Both the position numbers and the translations under genes were made by a program. A stretch of DNA of 64,000 bases, taken from NCBI GenBank assembly GCA_965203465.1, contig CBDBCR010000003.1:1-64000 (forward strand). Direction: 5' to 3'. Shown here piece after piece: positions 47,471 to 57,216 of the stretch; within the stretch, counting starts at the first letter, position 1, and the number at the start of each line of letters is the position of its first letter. Below the pieces are notes generated by a model. The model was not told the DNA's origin. It saw nothing but the letters and a program-made list of their open reading frames with translations, and did no database searches. The DNA is from Nitrosopumilaceae archaeon. Lineage in GTDB: Archaea; Thermoproteota; Nitrososphaeria; Nitrososphaerales; Nitrosopumilaceae.

Positions 47471-48742
47471 GGGGTTGTTGCATAATTCCCCAGAACGATG
47501 GATTCCGTCGCATCCGGGGCCTGGCGCCCGCAGGAGGGCCGCGCAGATCAGTTTTTTCCGACAAACGGTCAATTTTTCCAACCGCTACGCTTATTGATCA
47601 CGGCCAGCGCCACCCAGCCGTTGAAGCACCAACGGCGGGACGGCTACTGGCCCGGATACCACGCAGCGCGCGCCTCAGAAAACGGTTTCGTCGTAGGCTA
47701 CGTCAAGGATACGGTGAGGAAAAACCCGCCGCCCGAGCCGGTGCGCAAGAGCTCCAGAGGCCGGAAAAGAGCGTACCCCCTGGCCGAAATGGCCATCGTG
47801 TGCATCCTGCTAAACCACTTCAACCTCTCGTACCAGAAAGCCGAGAACGCGGTGGCCTCGTGGAACCTGGATCTGGGCGGGCGCGTTCCCGACCACACGA
47901 CCATTTTCAGGGCGCACGCGGCGCTCGACATGGAGTGGCTCGAAAGGGTGCTGACGGCGATCGCCAACGCGTGCCTGGAAAGGGCCGGGATCGGCGAGGC
48001 GAGCGAGGTCGACACGGCGGCGGACAGCACCGGCGCGGAGACCGACAGGTACGAAGACAGGGTAAAACTGGACAAAAAGACCGGCAAAGAGACCGTCGCG
48101 CGCGTAAAATCGCACCTGAAATTGCACGTTTTCGCGGTGTTGAAGCTGCAGATAATACTCTCGTGCAAGATGACGTCCAGCAACGTGGCCGACACCGACA
48201 TGCTGCCATTGCTTTTTGAAAAGGCCAAGAAACTGGGGCGCAGTTTCGCCGGCTGGTGGTTCCACGCCGACAGGGGATACGACTCGGACCGGAACTGCAA
48301 GGCCGCCTTCGACATGGGCATGCGCCCCAACATCGATCAGAGGAAGAGCAGGGAGAACAGCGGCAACAGGCGCAACGTCGGCAAGCGGTTCCGCCGCAGG
48401 GCCGCGGCCCTGTTCGATCTGTGGCGCTACCGGAAGCGCAGGATGGTCGAGGGACTATTCGGGGCCGAGGAGACGCGCGCCCACCGGCTGCTCTGCAGGT
48501 ACAGGAAAAAGGAGACGCAGGAGAGGTTCGGCGTGCTGCTCGCAATAACGTGGAACGTGCGCGCGCTCAACCGTATCCGGTGCGCCGCGGAAACCGCCGC
48601 CGCGCCGGCCGCGGGGTAATCTGCGAGGGCCCGTACGGGCCGGAAACGGCCCCCGGGGGAATCAGGCCGCCCGCCGCCGAGCCCCCAAAACGACGGAATC
48701 CGTCACTTTGGGCGATTCACGGGGGAATTATGCAACAACCCC
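47471..48742 (+). mobile_element. IS5-family insertion sequence
   Basis: Perfect 21-bp TIR GGGGTTGTTGCATAATTCCCC (47471-47491 / 48722-48742); possible CGG TSD if the ends are one base in. Confidence 0.9.
47498..48619 (+). CDS. IS5-family DDE transposase (intact; start uncertain)
   Basis: VPDHTTI, AADSTG, KLH, ADRGYDS, YRKRRMVEGLFG. Confidence 0.9.
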   Translation: MDSVASGAWRPQEGRADQFFPTNGQFFQPLRLLITASATQPLKHQRRDGYWPGYHAARASENGFVVGYVKDTVRKNPPPEPVRKSSRGRKRAYPLAEMAIVCILLNHFNLSYQKAENAVASWNLDLGGRVPDHTTIFRAHAALDMEWLERVLTAIANACLERAGIGEASEVDTAADSTGAETDRYEDRVKLDKKTGKETVARVKSHLKLHVFAVLKLQIILSCKMTSSNVADTDMLPLLFEKAKKLGRSFAGWWFHADRGYDSDRNCKAAFDMGMRPNIDQRKSRENSGNRRNVGKRFRRRAAALFDLWRYRKRRMVEGLFGAEETRAHRLLCRYRKKETQERFGVLLAITWNVRALNRIRCAAETAAAPAAG

Positions 48743-48920
48743 GGCCGCGATTTTCCGGCACTTGGATTCCGCCCGATTCAAAGTATCGGTTGAACGCGCG
48801 CAGTGCTGGGTAAAAAAGCGCCGCGATCTCCCGGTCCAGATATTCCGGAGGGCGACTAGAACTTTGCGTCGCCGTCCAAGGCGGGCAAGGGTCGCCGCGG
48901 AAAACGCCCTGACCCGAAAG

Positions 48921-49865
48921 CTACAGGTTGCCCGACTTTATGTCCTCGAGGCAGCGCACCACGTCGCCCTTTGCTATCGGCACCGGGTTGGGATCTAGGT
49001 GGCCCCTGTCGGTCATCACGATGTCTGCCGCCTCCGAGACGTCGGCCTTCAAGTCCAGCCTCTCGAAGCCCAGCTTTTCCATGCACTCCTTGAAGCGGCC
49101 GTAAAACTCGGACTTGTTGTGCCTGTGCGCGACGGTGGTGCACGAGGACAGCGAGTACCCGTGCGGCACGCCCTCGTTGGAAAAGACGTACGAGAGAGCG
49201 TGGCCCAGGGTAGTGGAGCAGTTGCCGAAGCCCATCCCCGAGAGCATCGAGCCGTACGGGTACTGCTCGGGTTTGCCGTTCATTATGGCGTCGTACAGTA
49301 TGTCGAATGCCTGCCTGCAGAGGGTGCGCGTCATGTCGTTGCCCAGCCTGCTGTCGTACCCCTCGGTGGCCTGCGCGCACGCGTCGCACACCGAGTTCTT
49401 GACGACCTGCTCGGGCGTGCCGTCCATAAAGTACGAATCCACCACGGCCATGTCGGCCAAAAACCTGTCCTCGCGGAGCAGTTTCTTTTTGCCGTCGAAC
49501 TTTAGCACGCAGTACGTGGTCATCTCTGCGCCCGTCCCGAACGTGGTCGGGATGAGGATCTTTTCCTTGCCCATTTCGGGGGCCGCGTACTTTACCACGT
49601 CCATCGAGCTGCCGCCGCCAAGGCCTATCAGCACGGACGGGTCGCGGTCCTTGAACCTCGATATGACCGAGTTTACGTCGTCTATGGACGGCTCGGGGGT
49701 GACCTCGTCGTAGAGCATGTAGTCCTTTATGCCCATCCTGCCGAGCCACTTGTCCGAGAGGGCCGGCGGCACCGTGGTGACGACCAGCGCGTTGGCGGGG
49801 TATTCTGTCGAGGCCAGGGCGTCCTCGCCGAAGTTTATCACCTTGGGCAGCCGTACGGTGTTCAC
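48921..49865 (-). CDS. Iron-containing alcohol dehydrogenase family protein
   Basis: GTG start (VNTVRLPKVINFG), GLGGGSSMDVVK, IPTTFGTGAEMT, LGHALSY, PHG. Confidence 0.9.
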   Translation of the reverse strand: MNTVRLPKVINFGEDALASTEYPANALVVTTVPPALSDKWLGRMGIKDYMLYDEVTPEPSIDDVNSVISRFKDRDPSVLIGLGGGSSMDVVKYAAPEMGKEKILIPTTFGTGAEMTTYCVLKFDGKKKLLREDRFLADMAVVDSYFMDGTPEQVVKNSVCDACAQATEGYDSRLGNDMTRTLCRQAFDILYDAIMNGKPEQYPYGSMLSGMGFGNCSTTLGHALSYVFSNEGVPHGYSLSSCTTVAHRHNKSEFYGRFKECMEKLGFERLDLKADVSEAADIVMTDRGHLDPNPVPIAKGDVVRCLEDIKSGNL

Positions 49866-49917
49866 TGCGGCCGGCCGCCGACGATTATTATTATACCTTG
49901 CATGCGCCCCGCCCCCC

Positions 49918-51171
49918 GTGCATCCTGGCCTCGGCGGCCGCGCCGGCAGAGAGGGCGACGCGGCGTCCATACTCTCGGCAGGCCTCGAGGCCGCCGATCC
50001 GGGCCGCTTCATCGGCAGGGCCGTGAGGGGCAGGCGCCTGCTTGTCGGCAGGCGCTCCTTCCCGCTGAAGCCGGGCCGCGTGCGGCTCGTCGCGTTCGGC
50101 AAGGCCGCCGCGTCCATGGCAGACGCGTTCTGCTCGCGCGTGCGCGTGGGCGGCGGCCTCGTGGTGGTGCCGCGCGGGGCCCGGGCGCCGCGCCGCGCCC
50201 GCCTAGAGGTCGCGAGGGCCGCGCACCCGTCGCCGGACCGCGGCAGCGTGCGGGCCGCCGGGCGGGCGCGCGAATTCGCGCTCTCCTGCGGGCCCGGCGA
50301 CCTGCTCGTGTTCCTGGTCTCGGGGGGCGGCTCTTCGCTGCTGGCCATGCCCGACGGGGTCACGCTGGAAGAAAAGTCCGAGGCCGCAAGGCTGATGATG
50401 AGGGCCGGCGCCCAGATCCGGGAGATAAACTGCGTGCGCAAGCACCTCTCGGCGGTAAAGGGCGGCAGGCTGGCCGAGGGCCTCGCCTGCCCCGCGGCGG
50501 CCCTGCTCATGTCCGACGTGCGGCGCGACGACATGTCAGACATCGCCTCGGGTGCCACGTACTGCGACAGGACCACGTTCGGGCAGGCGCTCGGGGCCGT
50601 GCGCCGCCTGGGCCTCGGGGGGGACATGCCGCCCAGCGTGATGGAGCGCCTGCGGCGCGGCGCGCGCGGGCAGATACCAGAGACCCCAAAGCGCCCGGCC
50701 ATACCCAACGCGGTGATAGCCTCCAACAGGGACTGCCTGCGCGCCATGGCAGGCAGGGCGCGCGAGCTGGGCTACTCGGCCCGCACGGCGACTGCGTTCG
50801 GCCGCCTCGAGCGGCAGGCGCGCCTGCTGGCAGGCTCCGCCCCGCGCCGGCGCGGCTCGTGCCTGGTCTTCGGCGGCGAGACGACGGTGCGCGTGCGCGG
50901 GCGCGGCAGGGGCGGGCGCAACCTCGAGGCGGTCATGCGCCTCGGCATGGCCCTGCCCGGGGCGGTGGTCGGCTCCATAGGCACCGACGGCATAGACGGC
51001 TCGAGCCCGTACGCCGGCGCCCTGGTGAGCTCGTCCGAGACGGACTGGTCGGGCGCGAAGCGCTACCTGGAATCGAGCAACTCGGCGGGGTTTTTCGAGA
51101 GGCGCGGCGGGCTGGTGCGCACCGGCCCGACCGGCACCAACCTCCTAGACATCGGCGTCGTGCTGCGCTGA
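49918..51171 (+). CDS. Glycerate 2-kinase (DUF4147/MOFRL)
   Basis: FGKAA..MA, AHPSPD, LVSGGGSSL, RKHLSAVKGG, FGGETTV, GRGGRN, GTDGIDG, TGPTGTNLLD. Confidence 0.92.
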   Translation: MHPGLGGRAGREGDAASILSAGLEAADPGRFIGRAVRGRRLLVGRRSFPLKPGRVRLVAFGKAAASMADAFCSRVRVGGGLVVVPRGARAPRRARLEVARAAHPSPDRGSVRAAGRAREFALSCGPGDLLVFLVSGGGSSLLAMPDGVTLEEKSEAARLMMRAGAQIREINCVRKHLSAVKGGRLAEGLACPAAALLMSDVRRDDMSDIASGATYCDRTTFGQALGAVRRLGLGGDMPPSVMERLRRGARGQIPETPKRPAIPNAVIASNRDCLRAMAGRARELGYSARTATAFGRLERQARLLAGSAPRRRGSCLVFGGETTVRVRGRGRGGRNLEAVMRLGMALPGAVVGSIGTDGIDGSSPYAGALVSSSETDWSGAKRYLESSNSAGFFERRGGLVRTGPTGTNLLDIGVVLR

Positions 51172-51474
51172 GCCCGACATCGACGACTGAGCGGCGCGCA
51201 GCCGCGCCAGGTGCGCCTCGGCTGTCGCGGCCAGGTCCTCGATCTCCGAATCCAGGCCGCGGATGGACAGCACCGACGAATCCATCACGCCGACCAGCTC
51301 GCGCAGCAGGTCGCGCAGCTGGCGCCTGTCCTGGTGCTTCTCCAGGACGTATTCGGCCAGGGCCAGCACGCGGCGCAGGTCAGAGATCTCCTCGACGGTC
51401 ATGCCCTCCAGCGGCGGGGCGCGCGCGCCGCCGAGCGCGTCTATGCGGGATGCCAGCGAGCGGACCCTCTCCAT
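51145..51474 (-). CDS. Conserved helical hypothetical protein
   Basis: ATG 51474 (MERVRSLASRIDAL...VLALAEYVLEKH...); coiled-coil character. Confidence 0.65.
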   Translation of the reverse strand: MERVRSLASRIDALGGARAPPLEGMTVEEISDLRRVLALAEYVLEKHQDRRQLRDLLRELVGVMDSSVLSIRGLDSEIEDLAATAEAHLARLRAAQSSMSGSAQHDADV

Positions 51475-51568
51475 GGCGTCGGACGGTATCAACGGGCGGG
51501 CGGTCAGGGCGCCCACGATTATACCTATGGCGCAACCAAATAAAGGGGCCCCCGCCGCGCCGAACCCG

Positions 51569-52024
51569 TTGAACCCCGAAGACGCGCTCGAGGCCATGGG
51601 CATACGGCTGCCGCCGCCCCCCGCCGCCGCCGGCTCGTACCTGCCGCTCGTCTCGGCCGGCGGCCTCGCCTTCGTCTCGGGCCAGATCCCCGCGCGCGGA
51701 GGAAAGGTGGAGTTTACCGGGACCGTCTCGGATTCCAACATCGACGAGGCGCGCAAGTCCGCCCGCCTGTGCGCGCTCAACGTCCTCTCGCAGATAAAGG
51801 CCGGCGTCGGGCTGGGCCGCGTGGAGCGCGTGGTGCGCCTCTCGTGCTACGTGGCGTGCGGGCCCGGGTTCACCCGGCACGCAGAGGTGGCCAACGCGGC
51901 CTCGGACCTGCTCGCCGAGGTGTTCGGCGAGCACGGCAGGCACTCGAGGGCCGCCGTCGGCGTGGCCAGCCTTCCGCTCGGCTCCATGACGGAGCTGGAC
52001 GCGGTCGTGCAGCTCAGGCCTTGA
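51569..52024 (+). CDS. RidA/YjgF family protein
   Basis: LPPPPAAAGSY, FVSGQIP, VANAASDLLAEVFGEHGRHSRAAVGVASLP. Confidence 0.92.
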   Translation: MNPEDALEAMGIRLPPPPAAAGSYLPLVSAGGLAFVSGQIPARGGKVEFTGTVSDSNIDEARKSARLCALNVLSQIKAGVGLGRVERVVRLSCYVACGPGFTRHAEVANAASDLLAEVFGEHGRHSRAAVGVASLPLGSMTELDAVVQLRP

Positions 52025-53045
52025 GCCTGGCGTTCATCTGGCGCAGAAACTTTTTCATGCCCTTTTTGGGTATCGACGCCCCGCACGCGCGGTCGTGCCC
52101 GCCCCCCGAGCCGCCGGCCGCGTCGGCCAGCTCGCCTACCAGCTTGCCCAGGTGCGTGCGGCAGGCCTTGGAGCCGCGCACAGAGACCGCGTAGGCGTCG
52201 TGGCCGGAGCGCTCCTTGTAGGCCACCCCGACGTCCCTGCCCGAGAGGCCGAGCACGAAGTTGACCGCCCCGCTGGCGCCGGAGTCGAGTATCTCCATGT
52301 GGCCGAGGTGTGACATCTTTTTCATGTTCTGCCTGACGGCGGCCAGCACGTCGGCCAGCCTGGCCACCTGCGCCTGGGCGAACTCGAACGAGCCGGGCAT
52401 CTGGTGCGGGTACTTTGAATCGGCTAGGTCGCGCACCAATCCCTGCAGAAACCGCTCGTTCTCCTCGCTGTCGCGCTGGTGGCCCACTATGTTGTAGGTG
52501 AGCACCGTGGCGCTGACCAGCGCGAACTGGCGGTCGTACATCTGCAGCAGCTTGGCCCCGGCGGGCCTGTCCTCCATGTAGTCGGTGATGGCCGCGCAGG
52601 CGGCCACGAACGAGGCGTGATCGGACAGCTTTGCGCGGAAGCTCTCGTGGACGAGGACGGCGGTGCACTCGCGCGTGTCGTGGATGAGCCGCACCTTCAA
52701 CTCCCTCAGCTTTTTGGCCGTGCGCGCGCTCATGTCGTGGTGGTCGATGTAGGTCACCTGCACGCTCCTCCCGCGCAGCCCGGCCATTATCTCGACGAAC
52801 TCGTCCTGGGTCTTGCGGTTGAGGCCCAGGTCGCACACGTACAGCGACTTTAGCGCGGGGTCGGCGGCGGCCTCCCTGATGGCGTCCATCTGCCCCGGAT
52901 AGTCGACGAGCACCGATTCGGATCCGAACGCCTGCCGGATCAGGGCCGCCGAGCTGATCCCGTCGGCGTCCTCCTTGTGGGATATGCAGACTATGCGTGT
53001 CTTTTTGGGCCGCGCGGACACGCGCCGGCGAGCCGCGGCCCTCAT
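52014..53045 (-). CDS. DHH/DHHA1-family phosphoesterase
   Basis: HKEDADG, CDLG, YIDHH, SVRG, GGGHDRACGA. Confidence 0.9.
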   Translation of the reverse strand: MRAAARRRVSARPKKTRIVCISHKEDADGISSAALIRQAFGSESVLVDYPGQMDAIREAAADPALKSLYVCDLGLNRKTQDEFVEIMAGLRGRSVQVTYIDHHDMSARTAKKLRELKVRLIHDTRECTAVLVHESFRAKLSDHASFVAACAAITDYMEDRPAGAKLLQMYDRQFALVSATVLTYNIVGHQRDSEENERFLQGLVRDLADSKYPHQMPGSFEFAQAQVARLADVLAAVRQNMKKMSHLGHMEILDSGASGAVNFVLGLSGRDVGVAYKERSGHDAYAVSVRGSKACRTHLGKLVGELADAAGGSGGGHDRACGASIPKKGMKKFLRQMNARLKA

Positions 53046-53306
53046 TTAAACCAAGGACGGGGCGGCCGCCTTCCGGCTTCGGGCCCCGCGTTCCGGGTCG
53101 GGCCGGAAAGCGCCAGCCGGCGCCCCGTCCGATCCGCGGGCGGACGGGCCCGTCGGCGGCGGGCTCGTGGAGGTTCGGAGTGTCGGCCGAGGCTCGCGTC
53201 GGCACGTCGTGCGAGCCGCGCCCGGAGCTGGGCGATCTTGGAGAATGCCCGCCACCGGCAAGCCGCGGCGCGAACGCGCCTCGGCAAACGCCGCCGTCCG
53301 GCGCGT

Positions 53307-53807
53307 TCAGAACGCCAGCGAGATGGCGACCAATGGCGGAAACAAGATGGAGCCGGCGGAAAACAGTATGATGCTGACCGTGAGGGCGACGGCTTTGCTT
53401 CTCACGGCGCTTTCTGCATCTTTCAGGCACAGCAGGTATTCCCCGATCAGCGACGCGTAGAAATCGTTCTCTGACGCGCCCGTCCAGCTTTTCACCACGT
53501 CTTCCCTTATCTTGGAACCGGTCGTCATGTTTGCGCCCAGAAACACGGTCCGCTTAACTTCCGCGCGGTTGGACACCACGCACAGCACAGTCGCGACTCC
53601 CAGTACGGCAACGCTGATCATCGGCAAGTGGAAATATGGATCTCTTTCTTCAGTAACGCTCCACATGTGGCCGTAAAACGCCGTGATCGCCGCGATCATT
53701 ATGACGGACACGGTCATCAGATCGCGGATCTTTCTGGCCATGCTTTCAGCGACTAGATTGCGCCTATCGTATTCGATCTCCAGCTGGTGGAGGAATTCCC
53801 TCTTCAC
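53307..53807 (-). CDS. Three-TM hypothetical membrane protein
   Basis: Three hydrophobic helices; lower GC; shares the bidirectional TATA ttatataa at ~53826. Confidence 0.7.
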   Translation of the reverse strand: MKREFLHQLEIEYDRRNLVAESMARKIRDLMTVSVIMIAAITAFYGHMWSVTEERDPYFHLPMISVAVLGVATVLCVVSNRAEVKRTVFLGANMTTGSKIREDVVKSWTGASENDFYASLIGEYLLCLKDAESAVRSKAVALTVSIILFSAGSILFPPLVAISLAF

Positions 53808-53855
53808 GGGCAGAAAACCAAATAGTTATATAAAAGTGTACCTCCGCCAAGGCAC

Positions 53856-53957
53856 ATGGACAAAAGCACCCCCAAACCGATAAGCGTGAGCGGCGACCTT
53901 CAGAGGGCGTTGTTTCCGAAGAAACTGACCGCCTCCAAGAAAGAGAGCCGGGAGTGA
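53856..53957 (+). CDS. Putative 33-aa microprotein
   Basis: ATG ~23 nt after TTATATAA; MDKSTPKPISVSGDLQRALFPKKLTASKKESRE. Confidence 0.35.
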   Translation: MDKSTPKPISVSGDLQRALFPKKLTASKKESRE

Positions 53958-54231
53958 CCGGGCGGGTTCGGCGCGGTTTTTCGCGCCCCCCGGCCCAATT
54001 TTCCGGTACGAAACGACGCGCTGGCGGCCGGCCCCGAGGCGCACGCCCGCATAGACTAGCCCTTTCCGTAGAGACTTGATCGGTAGCATGTAATCTGCGT
54101 CTGCCAGGATCTCCTACCCGGGCCAACACGAGACGGGCCGGATCTTGTCCGGTCTCAGGCACGAGATCGTACACGGTGGGACATGAGCGGCCGCGGCAGA
54201 GCCAGCAGACGCAGATTGCGCGCTACCTCTT

Positions 54232-55056
54232 TCAGCGTCGCATCTCGGCGTTTTCGACCTGCCGGATGTGCTCCAAGAGCATCTGCTCGGCTATGTCCTC
54301 CTTGGTGGTAAAGCGGACGGCGGCGATCCTTTCGACCGTTCTCGATTTTTCTCCTGGTAGCAAGACCGTGTACGCCGTTCCCGCCTCCGATGTCTTGGCC
54401 GCTTTTCTGATCTCTTCGATGGTGTCCGTGGCCCTCGCGGACTTTATCGCAAAAGCCATGCTGCGGCGCTCTTTCTTGCTGGTGGCCGGGATCTCGGACA
54501 GCTCTAGGCAGACTTTCAGCGCCATTTCCTCGTCTTCGAACTTTGAGTATATGTCGATCGCCGCCGTGGGGGTGATCTTTCTCTTGGCTATCAGCAGCTT
54601 GATCCCGTCGGGCAGTCCGTCGTAGCCAATGTACCTTTTCACCGTCGCCGTAGTCACGCCCAGCGCGGCGGCCACCCCGTCCATGTCTTTGAAGTGCCGC
54701 AAGAGGTGCTTGGTTGCGCTCGACCTGTCCTCGTAGTCCATGGGCAACCCGTGCATGTTTTCGCTCAGCGACAGTATCATGGCCTGCGCCAGGGTTATCC
54801 TGTCGAAGACAAAGCACGGGATGATTCCGAGCCCCGCCTTGACGCACGCAAACAGCCGCCTCTGGCCGCTAAAGACGCCGTATTTGCCCCTCGCGTTTTT
54901 TCCCCTCGCCAGCAGCGGGACGCGCAGGCCGTTTCGCCTTATGTTGCGGGACAGCTCGTCTAGGTTCTGCATGGGATCGTTGTTTCGTACGTTCGCCTCT
55001 TGCTACAGTTCCAGCTCGTCTGGCTTTAGGTATTCCAAGGGCGGATCGCGCTTCAT
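54232..55056 (-). pseudogene. ParB/Srx-family protein with HTH; in-frame TAG at codon 18 (55003-55005)
   Basis: ATG 55056 overlaps the PIN stop (ATGA). Reads MKRDPPLEYLKPDELEL*QEANVR...LDELSRNI..NGL..PL...SGQRRLFA...SLSEN, with HTH VAAALGVTTATVKRY. Confidence 0.8.
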
Positions 55057-55631
55057 CGTGCCACCTCGAAACCCATGCCCGCCAGCGCCCTTTTAGTGTT
55101 TTCGGGGTTGCAGATTTTCAGATCTTTGTCCAGATCCTGGCTCTCCAGAACGCTGTTGCCGTGTTTTTTAAAGTGATCGTCGGTGGTAAGCAGGATGTTG
55201 GATCTGCACTGCCACGCGGCGGCCAGATGAATTGCGTCCGGCGCGAATATGTTCGAGGTTGCCGCTATGCGCAACGCCAGACGCCATCCATACTCGGTAA
55301 GGGAAACCGGCCGTACGAACGGGTATTGCCTGCGCGCGGCCCTAAATCTGTCGTTCGTCTCGCGCAGCTGCTTGCGGGTCAGATCTATCTGGTTGCGTTG
55401 TCTGCAGATCGTGTTGTACTCCATGTTCTCTGCCCGTTTTTTGGCCACGAACGCGTCTTCCTGCTCGTTGTCTATCATCTCCATTAACGCAAGCACCGAC
55501 GTAAAGCACCGCCAGCCGTTATCTCTGATTTTCTCCACCCGTTCGATAGACTCTTGTCGCCTGTTTTTCGTGTTGTCTCGGATTACGTTCGTGTCCAGAT
55601 AAAAGACGGGAGTCATTCTTCCTCTGGCCAT
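55053..55631 (-). CDS. PIN/VapC-domain ribonuclease
   Basis: YLDTNV, TSVLALMEM, PDAIHLAAA, LLTTDDHF: acidic catalytic residues present. Confidence 0.88.
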   Translation of the reverse strand: MARGRMTPVFYLDTNVIRDNTKNRRQESIERVEKIRDNGWRCFTSVLALMEMIDNEQEDAFVAKKRAENMEYNTICRQRNQIDLTRKQLRETNDRFRAARRQYPFVRPVSLTEYGWRLALRIAATSNIFAPDAIHLAAAWQCRSNILLTTDDHFKKHGNSVLESQDLDKDLKICNPENTKRALAGMGFEVAR

Positions 55632-55753
55632 ATGTCGACTGTGATCACTTTTCGCGGGGTGTTTTTGAACGATACGTCTTCGAGTGACTCTGTGTCGACC
55701 TCCATTATTTCCCTTTTGTGGTGCCAGAATTCCGACTCTTTTCTGCGGGCCAT
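55613..55753 (-). CDS. 46-aa acidic-tailed protein, putative antitoxin (absent from ORF track)
   Basis: MARRKESEFWHHKREIMEVDTESLEDVSFKNTPRKVITVDIWPEEE; ATG ~22 nt below ttaattaaa; overlaps the PIN start. Confidence 0.6.
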   Translation of the reverse strand: MARRKESEFWHHKREIMEVDTESLEDVSFKNTPRKVITVDIWPEEE

Positions 55754-55797
55754 CGTTGCGCCTCCGGGCGCGCTTTAATTAACCATTTGCCGCCAAC

Positions 55798-56233
55798 CGG
55801 TCAACCCAGAAGTCCAGCCGACGGTCGGGCGGTTTCCGATCGCAAACGCGGCCAAAACAGTCAAAACTTCGGCAGCGTCCAAAACATGCTCGTCCGGTTC
55901 CGTTCTGGGCGCGGCGAGTCGGCCGGCGCCCGGCCGCCGCCCGGAGAGCGCAAGCACGAGCCGGGGCGCGCGTCGTACCCGCCCGTCTCGGGCCGTCCCG
56001 CCAGAATGCTCGCTCGGCCGGGCGGCCCGGATCCGGACTGAAAGAGCGGCCCGTCCTTTTGCGGCGCCGCCGCGGCCCCGACTACCGGTCGAACGGCCCG
56101 ACTGCCTCCGACTCCGGCCGCGCGCAGCCGCAGCGGTCGGCCGGACGGCGCGCCGGGCCTGCGTCGCCTCCCGCCCGGGGGCCTCGCAGGCGATCGCTTT
56201 TCGGGCCCCGGCAAGGCGCTTTTGGGCCAGCCG
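55798..56233. mobile_element. MITE, copy B of the 31464-32083 family
   Basis: Left end CGGTCAACCCAGAAGT...TTTCCGATCGCAAA...GGCCAAAAC and right end CGATCGCTTTTCGGGCCCCGGCAAGGCGCTTTTGGGCCAGCCG align with both ends of copy A. Confidence 0.7.
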
Positions 56234-56277
56234 CAGCGCACCAAAACATCTAAAACACGCCCCCTTCGAAGCACCGC

Positions 56278-57216
56278 ATGGAGGGCAGGCCATCACACAC
56301 AAAGCGCAAACGCGGGGTCTATTACACCACAAGCAATCCGTTTGCGCTTGAGCCGTTCAGGGAATGGTGCAAAGAGGCAGGGATCGCAAAGGCAAGAATC
56401 TTGGAGCCGTTTGCCGGCTCTAACAACATCATACGCATGCTCTCAGAGCTTGGCCTCTGTGCCAGATACCAGTCCTACGACATTGCGCCCAAGGCAGCCG
56501 GGATAAAAAAGCGCGACACGATCAAGAGTTTTCCGTCCGGATACAAGGTGTGCGTCACCAACCCGCCGTGGCTGACAAGCTATTCGGCAAGAAGGCGCGG
56601 AGTCGAATTTGTGGCCCCAAGGTACGACAACCTCTACAAATACTGCCTAGAACTGGCGCTTGCAAACTGCGAATACGTGGCGTTCATAATGCCCGGGACG
56701 TTCCTCAGAACCGGGCTGTTTCGGGAGCGCCTCAAATCGGTCATCTTTCTGCACGGCAAGATCTTCGCCGAAACTGACAATCCCGTGTGCATCGCCCTGT
56801 TCGGGGGGCCCCAAAAAAACACGAAAGTCTACAACGACAACAGATATCTGGGCACGCTTCAGGGCCTAGAGTCGCACATGCCGCCCGCCAGCAGCGACGG
56901 TAGCATAAGATTCAACGATCCGGCAGGGCAGATCGGCCTGTACTGCATCGACAACACGCGGGGGCCGTCGATACGGTTCTGCCGCGGCTCAGAGATCACG
57001 AGGCGGGTGAAGCACAGCGATCGCCTCATAACCCGCATAGCGGTGCCGCACAGCAACCCCGCCACGCTCGTGGGCAAGCTCAACAAAAAGCTTTACGCCA
57101 CTAGGAGAAACACGCACGACGTGTTCTTTGCCCCTTTCAAGGGCCTCCGCAAGGACGGCAAGTACCGGAGGCGCATAGACTACGAGTTTGTGAGGAATCT
57201 AATTGCCAACGCCTGA
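56278..57216 (+). CDS. Amino (N6-adenine/N4-cytosine) DNA methyltransferase
   Basis: Motif I ILEPFAG, YDI, motif IV VTNPPW, ..FIMP..F, F.ETDNPVC. Confidence 0.82.
   Translation: MEGRPSHTKRKRGVYYTTSNPFALEPFREWCKEAGIAKARILEPFAGSNNIIRMLSELGLCARYQSYDIAPKAAGIKKRDTIKSFPSGYKVCVTNPPWLTSYSARRRGVEFVAPRYDNLYKYCLELALANCEYVAFIMPGTFLRTGLFRERLKSVIFLHGKIFAETDNPVCIALFGGPQKNTKVYNDNRYLGTLQGLESHMPPASSDGSIRFNDPAGQIGLYCIDNTRGPSIRFCRGSEITRRVKHSDRLITRIAVPHSNPATLVGKLNKKLYATRRNTHDVFFAPFKGLRKDGKYRRRIDYEFVRNLIANA

Noticed and set aside
53050-53300. GC-rich spacers (also 545-690, 23620-23850, 41090-41240, 41840-42080, 48745-48920) as structured RNAs or MITEs
   Set aside because: No convincing terminal repeats or mutual similarity were found by eye. 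They remain unexplained, and a BLASTn self-search would be needed.
55003-55005. Pyrrolysine/amber recoding of ParB (and selenocysteine for TGA 172)
   Set aside because: No pyl/sel genes or SECIS-like evidence in the window, and TAG and TGA terminate many normal genes here.
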